In this document: one piece after another, positions 46,680-56,221 of the stretch
How the letters are laid out: each line of letters starts with the position of its first letter
How positions within the stretch are numbered: the first letter of the stretch is position 1
From: an uncultured Gammaproteobacteria bacterium
GTDB lineage: Bacteria; Pseudomonadota; Gammaproteobacteria; Steroidobacterales; UBA11654
Reading direction: 5' to 3'
DNA length: 64,000 nt
Assembly: GCA_902595845.1 (NCBI GenBank)
Contig: CACJRN010000002.1
Location: 78,294-142,293, forward strand
Made by a program: the position numbers and the translations under genes
Notes under the pieces: generated by a model
Database searches by the model: none
What the model was told of the DNA's origin: nothing
What the model saw: only the letters and a program-made list of their open reading frames with translations

Positions 46680-47986
46680 TGACTATGAAGCTTGAAATCA
46701 TAAAATGGAATGACCTGACTGAAGATGAAAAGATAATATCCATTCAGAGGCCCACTCTTAACAGTTTAAAGGGCCAAGACTCAACTATCACTCAGATCTT
46801 TAAAGATGTAAGAGCAGATGGCGACGAAGCTGTGAAAAAATTCACGAGCATTTATGACGGAGTCAAGATAGATGATTTCTTGATGAGTGAAAAGGAGATT
46901 GATTCTGCATTTAGTAGAGTACCAAGAGATCTCATTCAATCGATCGAAAATGCAATTGAAAACGTAAAAACATTCCATGAAAAAAACTTCGAAAATGATT
47001 TAAATCCAGTACAAGTAAAATCGGGAATAAATTGTCAAATAATAAAAAGACCCATCGAAAAGGTAGGCCTTTATATACCTGCAGGGAATAACCCACTGCC
47101 TTCCACTGCAATCATGCTTGGTGTTCCATCTTCGCTGGCTAGAAATAAGCAATCCGTGGTTGTTTCACCACCCAATGATTTAGGTGTTGTCAATGATGCA
47201 GTCACGGTTGCAGCAAAGTTAAGCGGGATTGGTAAGATTTTCAAAGTGGGCGGCGCCCAATCGATCGCAGCCTTGGCATTAGGAACAGAATCGATTCCCC
47301 AGGTAGATAAAATATTTGGCCCAGGAAACAGTTGGGTAACAAGAGCCAAGCAGATGATTTCATTGCTGAATCTCCCCGTTTCAATTGATATGCCAGCAGG
47401 CCCCACCGAGGTTATGATCATTTCAGATGGCAATACGAACCCAGAATTTATTGCTTATGATTTGCTCTCACAAGCAGAGCATGGAATTGACTCACAAGTA
47501 ATATTAATCTCACAGAATGATACATTTCTTAAAGATGTTGCAATCGAGATTGATATAGCAATGTCGAAAATCAGCACTCGTGAAATTGCAGAAATTTCAA
47601 TGAAAAATTCTATGCTGATATTGACTGATAATATAGATGAAGCATTAAGTATCTCGAATGACTATGCACCTGAGCACTTAATTATTAACTGTAAGAATGC
47701 AGCAGAATTACTTCCAGGAATACAATCAGCAGGTTCTATATTCCTCGGTGAATGGAGTCCTGAATCAGCAGGAGACTATTGTAGTGGAACGAATCATGTC
47801 TTACCTACAGCAGGCTTTGCCAGATCCTATAGCGGCTTGTCTGTAGATAGCTTTTGTAAATCAATATCTGTTCAAAGCTTATCCAAAGAAGGATTGGAGT
47901 CAATTGGCGATGATATAATCAACCTAGCAATGGCTGAAGGGCTAGAGGCACATGCAAGAGCTGTCGAAGTGAGGATTAAGAAATGA
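46679..47986 (+). CDS. hisD: histidinol dehydrogenase
   Basis: 435-aa ORF with DMPAGPTEV, SQAEHG and APEHL motifs. Its TAATG junction overlaps the hisG stop. Confidence 0.97.
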   Translation: MTMKLEIIKWNDLTEDEKIISIQRPTLNSLKGQDSTITQIFKDVRADGDEAVKKFTSIYDGVKIDDFLMSEKEIDSAFSRVPRDLIQSIENAIENVKTFHEKNFENDLNPVQVKSGINCQIIKRPIEKVGLYIPAGNNPLPSTAIMLGVPSSLARNKQSVVVSPPNDLGVVNDAVTVAAKLSGIGKIFKVGGAQSIAALALGTESIPQVDKIFGPGNSWVTRAKQMISLLNLPVSIDMPAGPTEVMIISDGNTNPEFIAYDLLSQAEHGIDSQVILISQNDTFLKDVAIEIDIAMSKISTREIAEISMKNSMLILTDNIDEALSISNDYAPEHLIINCKNAAELLPGIQSAGSIFLGEWSPESAGDYCSGTNHVLPTAGFARSYSGLSVDSFCKSISVQSLSKEGLESIGDDIINLAMAEGLEAHARAVEVRIKK

Positions 47987-49035
47987 AAATCAAAGATTTG
48001 ATTCGTCCTGAAGTTTTAAATTTAAAACCATATGTCCCAGCCACCAAAGTACTGGACAAAATCAGATTAAATGCAAATGAAAGTCCATATTCCGTGACTC
48101 AGTCTGCCACTAGGGAATCATTGAATCTTTACCCAGACGCGAGACCTGATGAAATCAGAAACATGGTTGCTAGATACTTGGATATATCAAGCGATAATAT
48201 TGTCATCACAAGAGGAAGTACGGAGGCCATTGACGTAGCGATCCGAACATTTTGCATTCCAAATAAGGACGGAATATTAGTGTTTCCCCCTACATTTGAA
48301 ATGTATAAATTTTATGCTGAAGTTCAGGGAATAGAGATGCATTCAATACTCCTTGATCAAGACAATAACTATTCTCTGGATTTAAAGGCACTAGAAGCAT
48401 TTGATCCAAGTAAAGCTAAGTTGACATTTATATGTTCTCCTTCAAACCCGCTCGGACATAAGTTCAGCAAAGAATCCATTTATCGTGTATGCGAATATTT
48501 TTCAGATTCTGGACTTGTAGTCTTGGATGGGGCATATGTTGAGTTTGATAGTGATGAAGTTTATAAAGAGATTTTGTCTAAATTTGACAATGTAATTATT
48601 CTCAGAACTTTATCAAAAGCATTTGGCTTGGCTGGTGTGAGATGTGGAGTTTTAATCTCTAGCGATGAAATTTGTCAATATATTGAGAGAGTGATACCGC
48701 CCTACTCGTTCAGCACCCCTGCTGTGAACGCTGTCATTGAGAGCCTTTCTGATGAAGGCATTAAGGAATCAAAAAGAAACATAGAGACCATCATTGAAGA
48801 TAGAAAATGGCTTGAGACAGAATTGGCATCATTGGACGAAGTCATAGAGGTTTTTCCATCATATACAAACTTCATACTTGTCAAAGTGAATGATGCCAAA
48901 GCATTTTGTAAAAAGTCTCAAGATTTAGGATTTTTATTAAGAGATGTCAGCTATCAACCATTGCTTGAAAATTGTGTAAGAATTACTGTCGGCACGACCA
49001 AACAAAATCAAAAACTAATCAGAGGACTCAAATAA
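47983..49035 (+). CDS. hisC: histidinol-phosphate aminotransferase
   Basis: 350-aa ORF with LNANESPY and the PLP lysine block RTLSKAFGLAG. Confidence 0.93.
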   Translation: MKIKDLIRPEVLNLKPYVPATKVLDKIRLNANESPYSVTQSATRESLNLYPDARPDEIRNMVARYLDISSDNIVITRGSTEAIDVAIRTFCIPNKDGILVFPPTFEMYKFYAEVQGIEMHSILLDQDNNYSLDLKALEAFDPSKAKLTFICSPSNPLGHKFSKESIYRVCEYFSDSGLVVLDGAYVEFDSDEVYKEILSKFDNVIILRTLSKAFGLAGVRCGVLISSDEICQYIERVIPPYSFSTPAVNAVIESLSDEGIKESKRNIETIIEDRKWLETELASLDEVIEVFPSYTNFILVKVNDAKAFCKKSQDLGFLLRDVSYQPLLENCVRITVGTTKQNQKLIRGLK

Positions 49036-50114
49036 TGAATGAGCTACCATTAAAAGTGCTCTTTATCGATAGAGATGGAACAATTATTTATGAACCAGAT
49101 GATTTCCAAGTAGATGATTTGAAAAAAGTAAAGTTTGTGCCCAATGTCATTCGCGTCCTGAATGAATTAAGAAATGAAGGCTATGAACTGGTCATGGTTA
49201 GCAATCAAGATGGCTTGGGAACTGAATCATTTCCTCAAGAGCAATTCGAGTTATGCCAGAACTTTATGTTGAATACCCTATATTCTGAAGGCGTCTCATT
49301 CAGGGAAATATTTATTTGCCCACATTTTGAGACTGATAACTGTGACTGCAGAAAACCAAAGATTGGTTTGTTATCAGAGTTTTTAACACACAACAATATT
49401 GATACATCAAGGTCATATGTCATTGGTGACCGAGACACAGATATTGAATTGGCTAATAAGCTTAAACTTCCTGGAATAAAAATTGATCCACACAATGAAA
49501 ATGCTTGGATACAAATAAAAGAAGATATTCTAAGTTCTGATAGTAAAGCAACTGTGACCAGAACAACCAATGAGACCAATATTACATCAAAAGTAGACCT
49601 GTCATCAGATCGTGTAATTGATATTAAAACAGGCATTGGTTTTTATGATCACATGCTAGAGCAGCTCGCTAAACATTCAGGTATTTCCGTTCAAATAGAG
49701 TGTGATGGAGACCTCCATATAGATGAACATCATACAGTTGAAGATGTGGCAATCACATTGGGAGATGCACTTCGGCGTGCATTGAGCACTAAGGCAGGTA
49801 TTGAAAGATATGGATTTACACTTCCCATGGACGATGCACTATGCACAGTTTCAATGGATTTATCAGGAAGGCCATACTTTAAATTTGAAGGAGAGTTTAA
49901 AAGAGAAATTATTGGTGGGTTACCAACAGAGCTCATTATTCATTTTTTTTATACACTCAGTCAAAATCTAAAAGCAAATATTCATATTAGTGTGAATGGA
50001 GATGATGATCACCATAAGGCAGAATCGTGTTTTAAATGCTTTGGGAGAGCTTTTTCTCAAGCAATAAATAAATCCTCAAAATCTGGCGTGCCATCAACCA
50101 AGGGATCACTTTAG
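49035..50114 (+). CDS. hisB: bifunctional histidinol-phosphatase / imidazoleglycerol-phosphate dehydratase
   Basis: The HAD motif FIDRDGT and a CxC metal site are followed by the IGPD blocks (IDEHHTVEDVAITLG, DDHHKAES). I set the start to ATG 49035 (MNELPLKVLFIDRDGT), overlapping the hisC stop (TAATG). The track ORF starts at 48972, inside hisC. Confidence 0.95.
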   Translation: MNELPLKVLFIDRDGTIIYEPDDFQVDDLKKVKFVPNVIRVLNELRNEGYELVMVSNQDGLGTESFPQEQFELCQNFMLNTLYSEGVSFREIFICPHFETDNCDCRKPKIGLLSEFLTHNNIDTSRSYVIGDRDTDIELANKLKLPGIKIDPHNENAWIQIKEDILSSDSKATVTRTTNETNITSKVDLSSDRVIDIKTGIGFYDHMLEQLAKHSGISVQIECDGDLHIDEHHTVEDVAITLGDALRRALSTKAGIERYGFTLPMDDALCTVSMDLSGRPYFKFEGEFKREIIGGLPTELIIHFFYTLSQNLKANIHISVNGDDDHHKAESCFKCFGRAFSQAINKSSKSGVPSTKGSL

Positions 50115-50116
50115 TC

Positions 50117-50713
50117 GTGAAAAAAAAAGTTGCCATTATTGATTCAATTGGTTCCAACATGGCTTCTTTGATATTTGCATTAAAGAGAATTGATGTAAAT
50201 GTTGAAGTCACAAATGGAATATCGTCCATAAAAGAAGCCAGTCACATCATCTTACCTGGTGTCGGGGCTGCAAAGAATGCCATGATGCGGTTGAGGCAGA
50301 AAGAGCTGATAAATGAAATATCAAATTTTTCACAACCCACTCTGGGTATTTGTTTAGGCATGCAATTATTTATGAATGCCTCATTAGAAGACGATACAGA
50401 GTGTTTGGGAATTATTTCCAACTCATGCAAACCTTTTGAAAATCAAAAAGATTACCCAGTTCCACATATGGGATGGAATAAAGTTCATTTTAATACCAAT
50501 TCAAAACTAACAAAAAATCTAACCGATGGAGAATATTATTATTTTGTTCACTCCTATTATGTTCCAATCTGCAATGAAACGATCGGGGTCTCAAGATATC
50601 CAAATGATTTTTCTTCTGTGATTGAAAGAGATAACTTTTTTGGCACGCAGTTTCATCCTGAAAAATCAGGTTTACCTGGCGAAAAATTACTAGAGAACTT
50701 TGTAAATTTATGA
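50117..50713 (+). CDS. hisH: imidazole glycerol phosphate synthase, glutaminase subunit
   Basis: 198-aa ORF (GTG start) with the LPGVGA and GICLGMQL catalytic Cys blocks and C-terminal FHPEKS. Confidence 0.95.
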   Translation: MKKKVAIIDSIGSNMASLIFALKRIDVNVEVTNGISSIKEASHIILPGVGAAKNAMMRLRQKELINEISNFSQPTLGICLGMQLFMNASLEDDTECLGIISNSCKPFENQKDYPVPHMGWNKVHFNTNSKLTKNLTDGEYYYFVHSYYVPICNETIGVSRYPNDFSSVIERDNFFGTQFHPEKSGLPGEKLLENFVNL

Positions 50714-51453
50714 ACATGAATTTAATACCAGCAATTGATTTACTTGACCAGAAATGTGTCAGGCTGCTTCGAGGCGATTTTGATCAGGTGACCTTTTATG
50801 ACAAAGATCCGCTTCAATTAGCCACCCATTATGAATCTCTTGGCTGCAAAAATTTACATTTGGTGGATCTAAATGGAACAAGAGATGGAGCCAGTAAAAA
50901 TAAGTCAATCATAGATTCAATTATTGCTAAAACAAATCTCAAGGTTCAGATGGGCGGTGGAATTCGCTCGATTGAATCAATTAATTACTGGCTTAATTCA
51001 AATTTAAGTAAAGTTGTAGTCGGAAGTTATGCGATTGAAGAGACTAATCAATTTATTTCATCGCTTGACCCTGGAATGCGTTCCAAAATAATTATTGCAT
51101 TGGACGTTCTGATTCGTGATGGTGAGCCTTCAATACGCATACATGGTTGGCAGAAAGATTCAAAAATGAGCCTCATACCCACTATGAAATTATTTATAGA
51201 CAATGGATTTAGAGACTTTTTGATCACTGATATCAGCAAAGATGGAACGCTTGAGGGTCCAAACATTGATTTATATGACGAAATTAATATTCGATTCAAT
51301 GAGATTAATATCATTGCTTCTGGCGGGGTTAGCGTTTTCGATGATCTCATCAAATTAGATAAAATATCACTGTCATCAGTGGTTGTTGGAAAATCATTGC
51401 TAGAAAATAAAATAACAGAACAAGAGGTAGTCCAATTCTTACAAAAAGGATAA
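50710..51453 (+). CDS. hisA: ProFAR isomerase
   Basis: 247-aa ORF with [15 protein letters not shown] and SGGVS motifs. Confidence 0.95.
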   Translation: MNMNLIPAIDLLDQKCVRLLRGDFDQVTFYDKDPLQLATHYESLGCKNLHLVDLNGTRDGASKNKSIIDSIIAKTNLKVQMGGGIRSIESINYWLNSNLSKVVVGSYAIEETNQFISSLDPGMRSKIIIALDVLIRDGEPSIRIHGWQKDSKMSLIPTMKLFIDNGFRDFLITDISKDGTLEGPNIDLYDEINIRFNEINIIASGGVSVFDDLIKLDKISLSSVVVGKSLLENKITEQEVVQFLQKG

Positions 51454-52202
51454 TCCCATGCTTGGATGTAAAAGACGGTCTAGTGGTCAAGGGCGTCCGA
51501 TTCAGGAACCATAAAGTGGTAGGCGATATCTTGCAATTAGCAGAGAGATACTCTAATCAGGGCGCAGATGAGCTTGTTTTTTATGACATCACAGCAAGTC
51601 CCGAAGATAGATCTGTTGATAGGTCATGGGTGAATCGCGTTGCAGAGAAGATTAATATCCCATTCTGTGTGGCAGGAGGAATTAGATCCATCGGTGATGC
51701 AGAAGAAGTTTTAAATTATGGAGCAGATAAGATATCGATTAATACACCTGCTATTAACAATCCAGATCTTATTGATGAACTGGCTAAAAGGTTTGGCACT
51801 CAATGTATTGTGATTGGGATTGATAGCTTTGAAGACGGAAATAACTACAAAGTTTTTAGTAATACCGGCGATCCAAGTAAAACAAGTGATACTGGTCTAT
51901 TTGTAAATGATTGGATCAAAGAAGTTCAAGAAAGAGGAGCTGGCGAAATTGTTTTAAATTGCATGAATCAAGATGGTGTAAGAGATGGTTATGATATTGA
52001 ACAATTGAAGACAATGCGATCGCATACAAACATTCCATTGATTGCATCGGGTGGTGCAGGAGAAATGAATCATTTTAAGGACGTTTTTCATATATCAGAT
52101 GTTAGCGGGGCACTAGCAGCTTCAGTTTTTCATAAAAGCATTATGAAAATTTGTGAATTAAAAGAATATTTAAGAGAGAACGACATAGAGGTTAGGTTAT
52201 GA
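51435..52202 (+). CDS. hisF: imidazole glycerol phosphate synthase, cyclase subunit (probable non-canonical ATT start)
   Basis: The track ORF starts at TTG 51462 (MDVKDG...). The same frame is open upstream and encodes the conserved beta-1 strand: ATT CTT ACA AAA AGG ATA ATC CCA TGC TTG GAT reads (M)[17 protein letters not shown] at 51424-51427 lies 7 nt before ATT 51435. The frame has no ATG, GTG or TTG between the stop at 51408 and 51462. Confidence 0.85.
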   Translation: MLTKRIIPCLDVKDGLVVKGVRFRNHKVVGDILQLAERYSNQGADELVFYDITASPEDRSVDRSWVNRVAEKINIPFCVAGGIRSIGDAEEVLNYGADKISINTPAINNPDLIDELAKRFGTQCIVIGIDSFEDGNNYKVFSNTGDPSKTSDTGLFVNDWIKEVQERGAGEIVLNCMNQDGVRDGYDIEQLKTMRSHTNIPLIASGGAGEMNHFKDVFHISDVSGALAASVFHKSIMKICELKEYLRENDIEVRL

Positions 52203-52507
52203 CAGCTAAAGAGAATAATTTTATTGAAGAGCTAGAGAGAGTAATTAAGGATAGAGCAGAATCCATTGATATTAATAAAAGCTATACCAGAGATCTTTTG
52301 GCATCTGGCAAGGATAGAATCGCAAAAAAAGTAATCGAAGAAAGTGGTGAGTTAGCTGTTGCATACTTAAATAATGAGACAAATAAAGATGAAATCATTT
52401 GGGAGAGTGCCGACCTTCTTTATCATATGATGGTTTTACTTCATTCAGCAGATATAACAATGAATGATATTTCAACTGAGCTAAAAAAAAGAAACCAATC
52501 AAATTAG
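52199..52507 (+). CDS. hisE: phosphoribosyl-ATP pyrophosphatase (stand-alone)
   Basis: 102-aa ORF with the EE.GE......E..DLLYH..VLL motif of MazG-like PRA-PH. An ATGA overlap joins it to hisF. No cyclohydrolase domain is attached. Confidence 0.9.
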   Translation: MTAKENNFIEELERVIKDRAESIDINKSYTRDLLASGKDRIAKKVIEESGELAVAYLNNETNKDEIIWESADLLYHMMVLLHSADITMNDISTELKKRNQSN

Positions 52508-52538
52508 GAGATTATGATAAAGACTTTTCATTCAAGGT

Positions 52539-53942
52539 TTAGATATCAATCAATTTGTCTGGATTCATGATATTTTTTGGATCCAATGTTTTTTTTATCT
52601 TTTTCATTAGATCTACTTTTGTGGGATCAGAATACTTAATCAAATCGTCTTTCAGCTTAGATCCAATACCATGCTCAGCACTAAATGATCCACCAAGAAA
52701 TTCAGCATTTTCATGTACGACAGCATTGATTTCCTTTGAAAATCTCATGAATTGATCACCATCCATATCTTCAGGCTGTTTTTTTGTAAAATGAAGGTTT
52801 CCATCACCAAGATGACCAAATGTATACACGATAGATTTTCCGGCAACTTTTTCCATCGCTGGGATAGTTGTTTTTAGAAATTCAGGGATTTTAGTAATAG
52901 GAAGTGAAATATCATGATGCACTCCTCTTCCTGACAATTTTTCTGCCTCAGAGATGCTGTGTCTAACAAGCCAGAAATCATTTCTATCTTTTTCATTTTT
53001 AGCTATCAATGCATTTTTGATAAGGTCTTCTGATAATTGTTTTTCAAGGAATTCTGACAAATCATCCTCACTATGATTGATGATCTCAAAAATGACCTGC
53101 CAAGAATCCTCATGCCCCAAAGGCAGTTTTATGTGGCTGAGGAAGTCATTTATTGCAACTAAACATGATTGACTGATGAACTCAAAAGCGGTGACATTGT
53201 CACCAAATCTTTTTTTTGTTTCTTTAAGAAGATTAATCGCATCATCAACACTCTCTAAAGAAACCATCGATGAGATCTCTCTTTGAGGACTAGAAGAAAG
53301 TCTCAAGCTTACTTTCGTGATAACTCCCAAGGTGCCCTCTGCGCCTATAAAAAGTTGCTTCAAATCATAGCCAGTATTGTTCTTTCTCAGTGATTTCAAG
53401 TCAGTAAATATTGATCCGTCAGGCAGAACAGCTTCAATACCCATCACTTGGTCTCTGGCCATGCCATATTTAAGAACATTAACTCCACCAGCATTTGTTG
53501 AGACATTTCCTCCTATCTGGCATGTGCCTTCTGCACTTAAACTCAAGGGAAATAGAAGACCATGATCTTCAGCAGTTTCTTGAATATTCTGAAGAATACA
53601 GCCACTCTCTACAATGATCGATTGATTAAATGAATCAACTTCTATCACTCTATTCATTTTTGAAGTATTGATTACAATTTCAAGCCTATGATCTGATGAG
53701 TTTGGAACATTGGCTCCGCATAAGCTCGTGTTTCCTCCTTGACTGACAATTTTTATGTCATTCTGATAACAATAATGGACAATGTTTTGAACATCATCGC
53801 TATTGTTTGGAAATAGAATCAGAGGCGTTGACCCTTTTATATGCCCTCTCCAGTCTTCTAAAAATGGATGGATATCCTCTTCACGATCAAGGGCATTTGA
53901 ATCCCCTACTAACTTTTTAAGGTTATCTATATGTTTTGCCAT
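52539..53942 (-). CDS. FAD-linked oxidase (GlcD / D-2-hydroxyacid dehydrogenase-like)
   Basis: 467-aa ORF with an N-terminal FAD-binding PCMH domain (VSQGGNTSLCGA) and a C-terminal SAEHGIG motif. Confidence 0.88.
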   Translation of the reverse strand: MAKHIDNLKKLVGDSNALDREEDIHPFLEDWRGHIKGSTPLILFPNNSDDVQNIVHYCYQNDIKIVSQGGNTSLCGANVPNSSDHRLEIVINTSKMNRVIEVDSFNQSIIVESGCILQNIQETAEDHGLLFPLSLSAEGTCQIGGNVSTNAGGVNVLKYGMARDQVMGIEAVLPDGSIFTDLKSLRKNNTGYDLKQLFIGAEGTLGVITKVSLRLSSSPQREISSMVSLESVDDAINLLKETKKRFGDNVTAFEFISQSCLVAINDFLSHIKLPLGHEDSWQVIFEIINHSEDDLSEFLEKQLSEDLIKNALIAKNEKDRNDFWLVRHSISEAEKLSGRGVHHDISLPITKIPEFLKTTIPAMEKVAGKSIVYTFGHLGDGNLHFTKKQPEDMDGDQFMRFSKEINAVVHENAEFLGGSFSAEHGIGSKLKDDLIKYSDPTKVDLMKKIKKTLDPKNIMNPDKLIDI

Positions 53943-53950
53943 ATGTGAGT

Positions 53951-54967
53951 CTATACGCGTGAGGACAACGACCAGATTGAGATAAATAAAGACGCAATAA
54001 TTGGCCCGATGATAAACCCTGTTATTCCGAAAATTGAAATACCCCCTATTGTCGTTAATAAAATCAGATAATCGGGTATTTTTGTTTCCTTACCAATAAG
54101 TATTGGTCGAAGAAGGTTATCAATCATCCCGATAATGAATATCCCAGAGAAAATCAATATTGAGGCCTCCATAATTTGACCATTTAAAAATAAGACAAGA
54201 GCAATGGGGAGCCAAACAAGTATCGTTCCAACAGCAGGAATAATACTTAACAGCGCCATCACAGCCCCCCAAATTAGAGCTCCTTCAACTCCAAGCAGAA
54301 GCAGAGTCATATATCCAAGAAAACCCTGTGCAAGAGCAACAACAATGGTGCCTTTGATTGTCGCTCGAGTTGTCTTTTGAAACTCATTTAAAAGATAGCT
54401 TTCATCTTCATTCTTCATTGGGAATGCGTCCATGCAACTCTTGACTATTTTTTCACCATCTTTCAAGAAGAAGAAAGTTAGATATATAAAAAGAAATAAC
54501 GAAATAAAAAAGTTGATAACATTCGCAGATATTGTGGAGACTGATTCATAAAATACTTTTGAAGCTGTGAGCAAAAAATCGTCAGCTTTTTCAGTCAACT
54601 GAGTGATACTAAGACCTGCCCAAGCAAGCAAATCATTAATCAATGATTCATTTGGAATCATTTCTACATAACGCTCAAGACTGTAATCATCAAAAGAATT
54701 TATAAAAATAATAAGTTCATTTGTTATCAGGCCCAGTATTCCAATAGAAGGGATAATGACTAGTAGTAAAATTAATATCAGTGATAATATGCTTGAGAGT
54801 GATTTTTTATTCGTCATCAAAAGAAATTTTTCATACAAAGGATAAAAAATTATTGAAACCACGATTGACCATAATATTGGTGCTGCAAAGTTGAAGATTA
54901 TGCTCACAAAAAGGATTGTGATAAGAGCCAGTAATAAGTAGTAAGCATTTGTACTTTTCATTGCCAT
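53951..54967 (-). CDS. AI-2E family transporter (PerM/YhhT-like)
   Basis: 338-aa polytopic ORF. It has a C-terminal block G...D.LLRP.L.G........L....GG...FG..G...GP typical of the family. Confidence 0.85.
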   Translation of the reverse strand: MAMKSTNAYYLLLALITILFVSIIFNFAAPILWSIVVSIIFYPLYEKFLLMTNKKSLSSILSLILILLLVIIPSIGILGLITNELIIFINSFDDYSLERYVEMIPNESLINDLLAWAGLSITQLTEKADDFLLTASKVFYESVSTISANVINFFISLFLFIYLTFFFLKDGEKIVKSCMDAFPMKNEDESYLLNEFQKTTRATIKGTIVVALAQGFLGYMTLLLLGVEGALIWGAVMALLSIIPAVGTILVWLPIALVLFLNGQIMEASILIFSGIFIIGMIDNLLRPILIGKETKIPDYLILLTTIGGISIFGITGFIIGPIIASLFISIWSLSSRV

Positions 54968-55031
54968 TTTTTACTTTAAGAAATTAATTTATGATAATCA
55001 TATCTAAAAATGACCAGATTGGACCAAGCTT

Positions 55032-55490
55032 TTGAATAATATTGTTGATAACGTGATAAGAGAACTGGAATTTAAAGCCGGTTTGGTACTCTCGTCTTAC
55101 GGCATACAGGCTGAAATAAAAGCGGTGCAGAATTATCTCAATGATGAGTCCATTGAAGACACGCTAAAAGATGCATGTCACATCATTTTTAGAGCACATT
55201 TTTTAAGAGAAGCCTTAAAGAGAGATGATGCAGAGGATGCCTGTTATAACCTGATGATGTTATGGGACCACTGCACTATAGCTGATGATGAGAACTACAA
55301 TCAAATTCTGACAGAATCGATTGAGAAGTTACTTAAGGTCACGAATAAGAGTATGAAAACGGTCAAAAATAGACATCTCAGAGTGCTTGAATTGAATAAA
55401 ATGAATTGGTCAATCGATGCAATTTCTGCCGACACCGGTTACTCGAGGCGTCAAATATCAAGAGTCATAAACGGACATACAAAAAATTAA
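55032..55490 (+). CDS. hypothetical protein with C-terminal helix-turn-helix
   Basis: 152-aa ORF (TTG start). The C-terminus WSIDAISADTGYSRRQISRVINGHTKN looks like an HTH. I do not recognise the N-terminal roughly 110 aa. Confidence 0.45.
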   Translation: MNNIVDNVIRELEFKAGLVLSSYGIQAEIKAVQNYLNDESIEDTLKDACHIIFRAHFLREALKRDDAEDACYNLMMLWDHCTIADDENYNQILTESIEKLLKVTNKSMKTVKNRHLRVLELNKMNWSIDAISADTGYSRRQISRVINGHTKN

Positions 55491-55501
55491 TATTTATATT
55501 G

Positions 55502-55575
55502 TCGGGACGGCTGGATTTGAACCAGCGACCACTTGACCCCCAGTCAAGTGCGCTACCAGACTGCGCCACGCCCCG
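55502..55575 (-). tRNA. tRNA-Pro (anticodon GGG)
   Basis: The reverse complement folds by hand into a 74-nt cloverleaf. Acceptor stem CGGGGCG/CGUCCCG, D stem GCGC/GCGC, anticodon stem CUUGA/UCAAG with loop CUGGGGG, T arm GCUGG-UUCAAAU-CCAGC, discriminator A. CCA is not encoded. Confidence 0.92.
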
Positions 55576-55588
55576 ATTAAAATATTGG

Positions 55589-55930
55589 TTAGTCTAATAA
55601 ATCAATGATTGATTCAAGCTCTGAACGAATGGCTGAGACAGAACTACTTTTTGTCTCTTGATCAGATGCTTCATCAGAAAGCTTCTGTTTGGCACCTTTT
55701 ATCGTATAACCATTGTTATATAGTAATTCTTTGATATGCCTGATGAGCATAACATCGTGTCTCTGGTAATATCTTCTGTTGCCTCTTCTTTTAATCGGAC
55801 TGAGTTGAGAAAACTCTTGTTCCCAATATCTCAAAACATGGGCTTCGACATCACATAGATTGCTTGCTTCACTGATAGTAAAATATCTCTTAGATGGAAT
55901 CGTAGGAAGTTGTGAATCTACTCTGCTCAT
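55589..55930 (-). CDS. MerR-family transcriptional regulator
   Basis: 113-aa ORF with YFTISEASNLCDVEAHVLRYWEQEF...RRGNRRYY, a MerR-type winged HTH. The position after ihfA matches many gammaproteobacteria. Confidence 0.85.
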   Translation of the reverse strand: MSRVDSQLPTIPSKRYFTISEASNLCDVEAHVLRYWEQEFSQLSPIKRRGNRRYYQRHDVMLIRHIKELLYNNGYTIKGAKQKLSDEASDQETKSSSVSAIRSELESIIDLLD

Positions 55931-56221
55931 TTATTTATCAATGGATTTAACTTTTTCTTTTAGCTTTTGCCCAGATTTAAAAGTAACCACACGTCTTGCT
56001 GTAATTTCCACATCCTCCCCCGTTCTTGGGTTTCTTCCAGGCCTAGCAGGCTTGTCTTTAAGTTGAAAATTACCAAATCCAGAGACTTTTACTTCCTCAC
56101 CATTTATAAGCGTCTCTTTAATGGTATTGAATACACTATCTACAAGTTCCTTGGCTTCTCTTTTGTTCAGTCCAATTTGATTGTTTAAGTCTTCTACGAT
56201 GTCAGATTTTGTTAACGTCAT
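55931..56221 (-). CDS. ihfA: integration host factor subunit alpha
   Basis: 96-aa ORF with the [41 protein letters not shown] beta-arm. Confidence 0.95.
   Translation of the reverse strand: MTLTKSDIVEDLNNQIGLNKREAKELVDSVFNTIKETLINGEEVKVSGFGNFQLKDKPARPGRNPRTGEDVEITARRVVTFKSGQKLKEKVKSIDK

Noticed and set aside
51462-51464. TTG 51462 as the hisF start (the track call).
   Set aside because: It would delete the conserved KRIIPCL beta-1 strand, which is nevertheless encoded in-frame just upstream behind a good SD. The ATT 51435 start is preferred, although TTG remains a fallback possibility.
55406-55597. 63-aa plus-strand ORF.
   Set aside because: It reads through the complement of tRNA-Pro (55502-55575). 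It is an artefact of the tRNA sequence.
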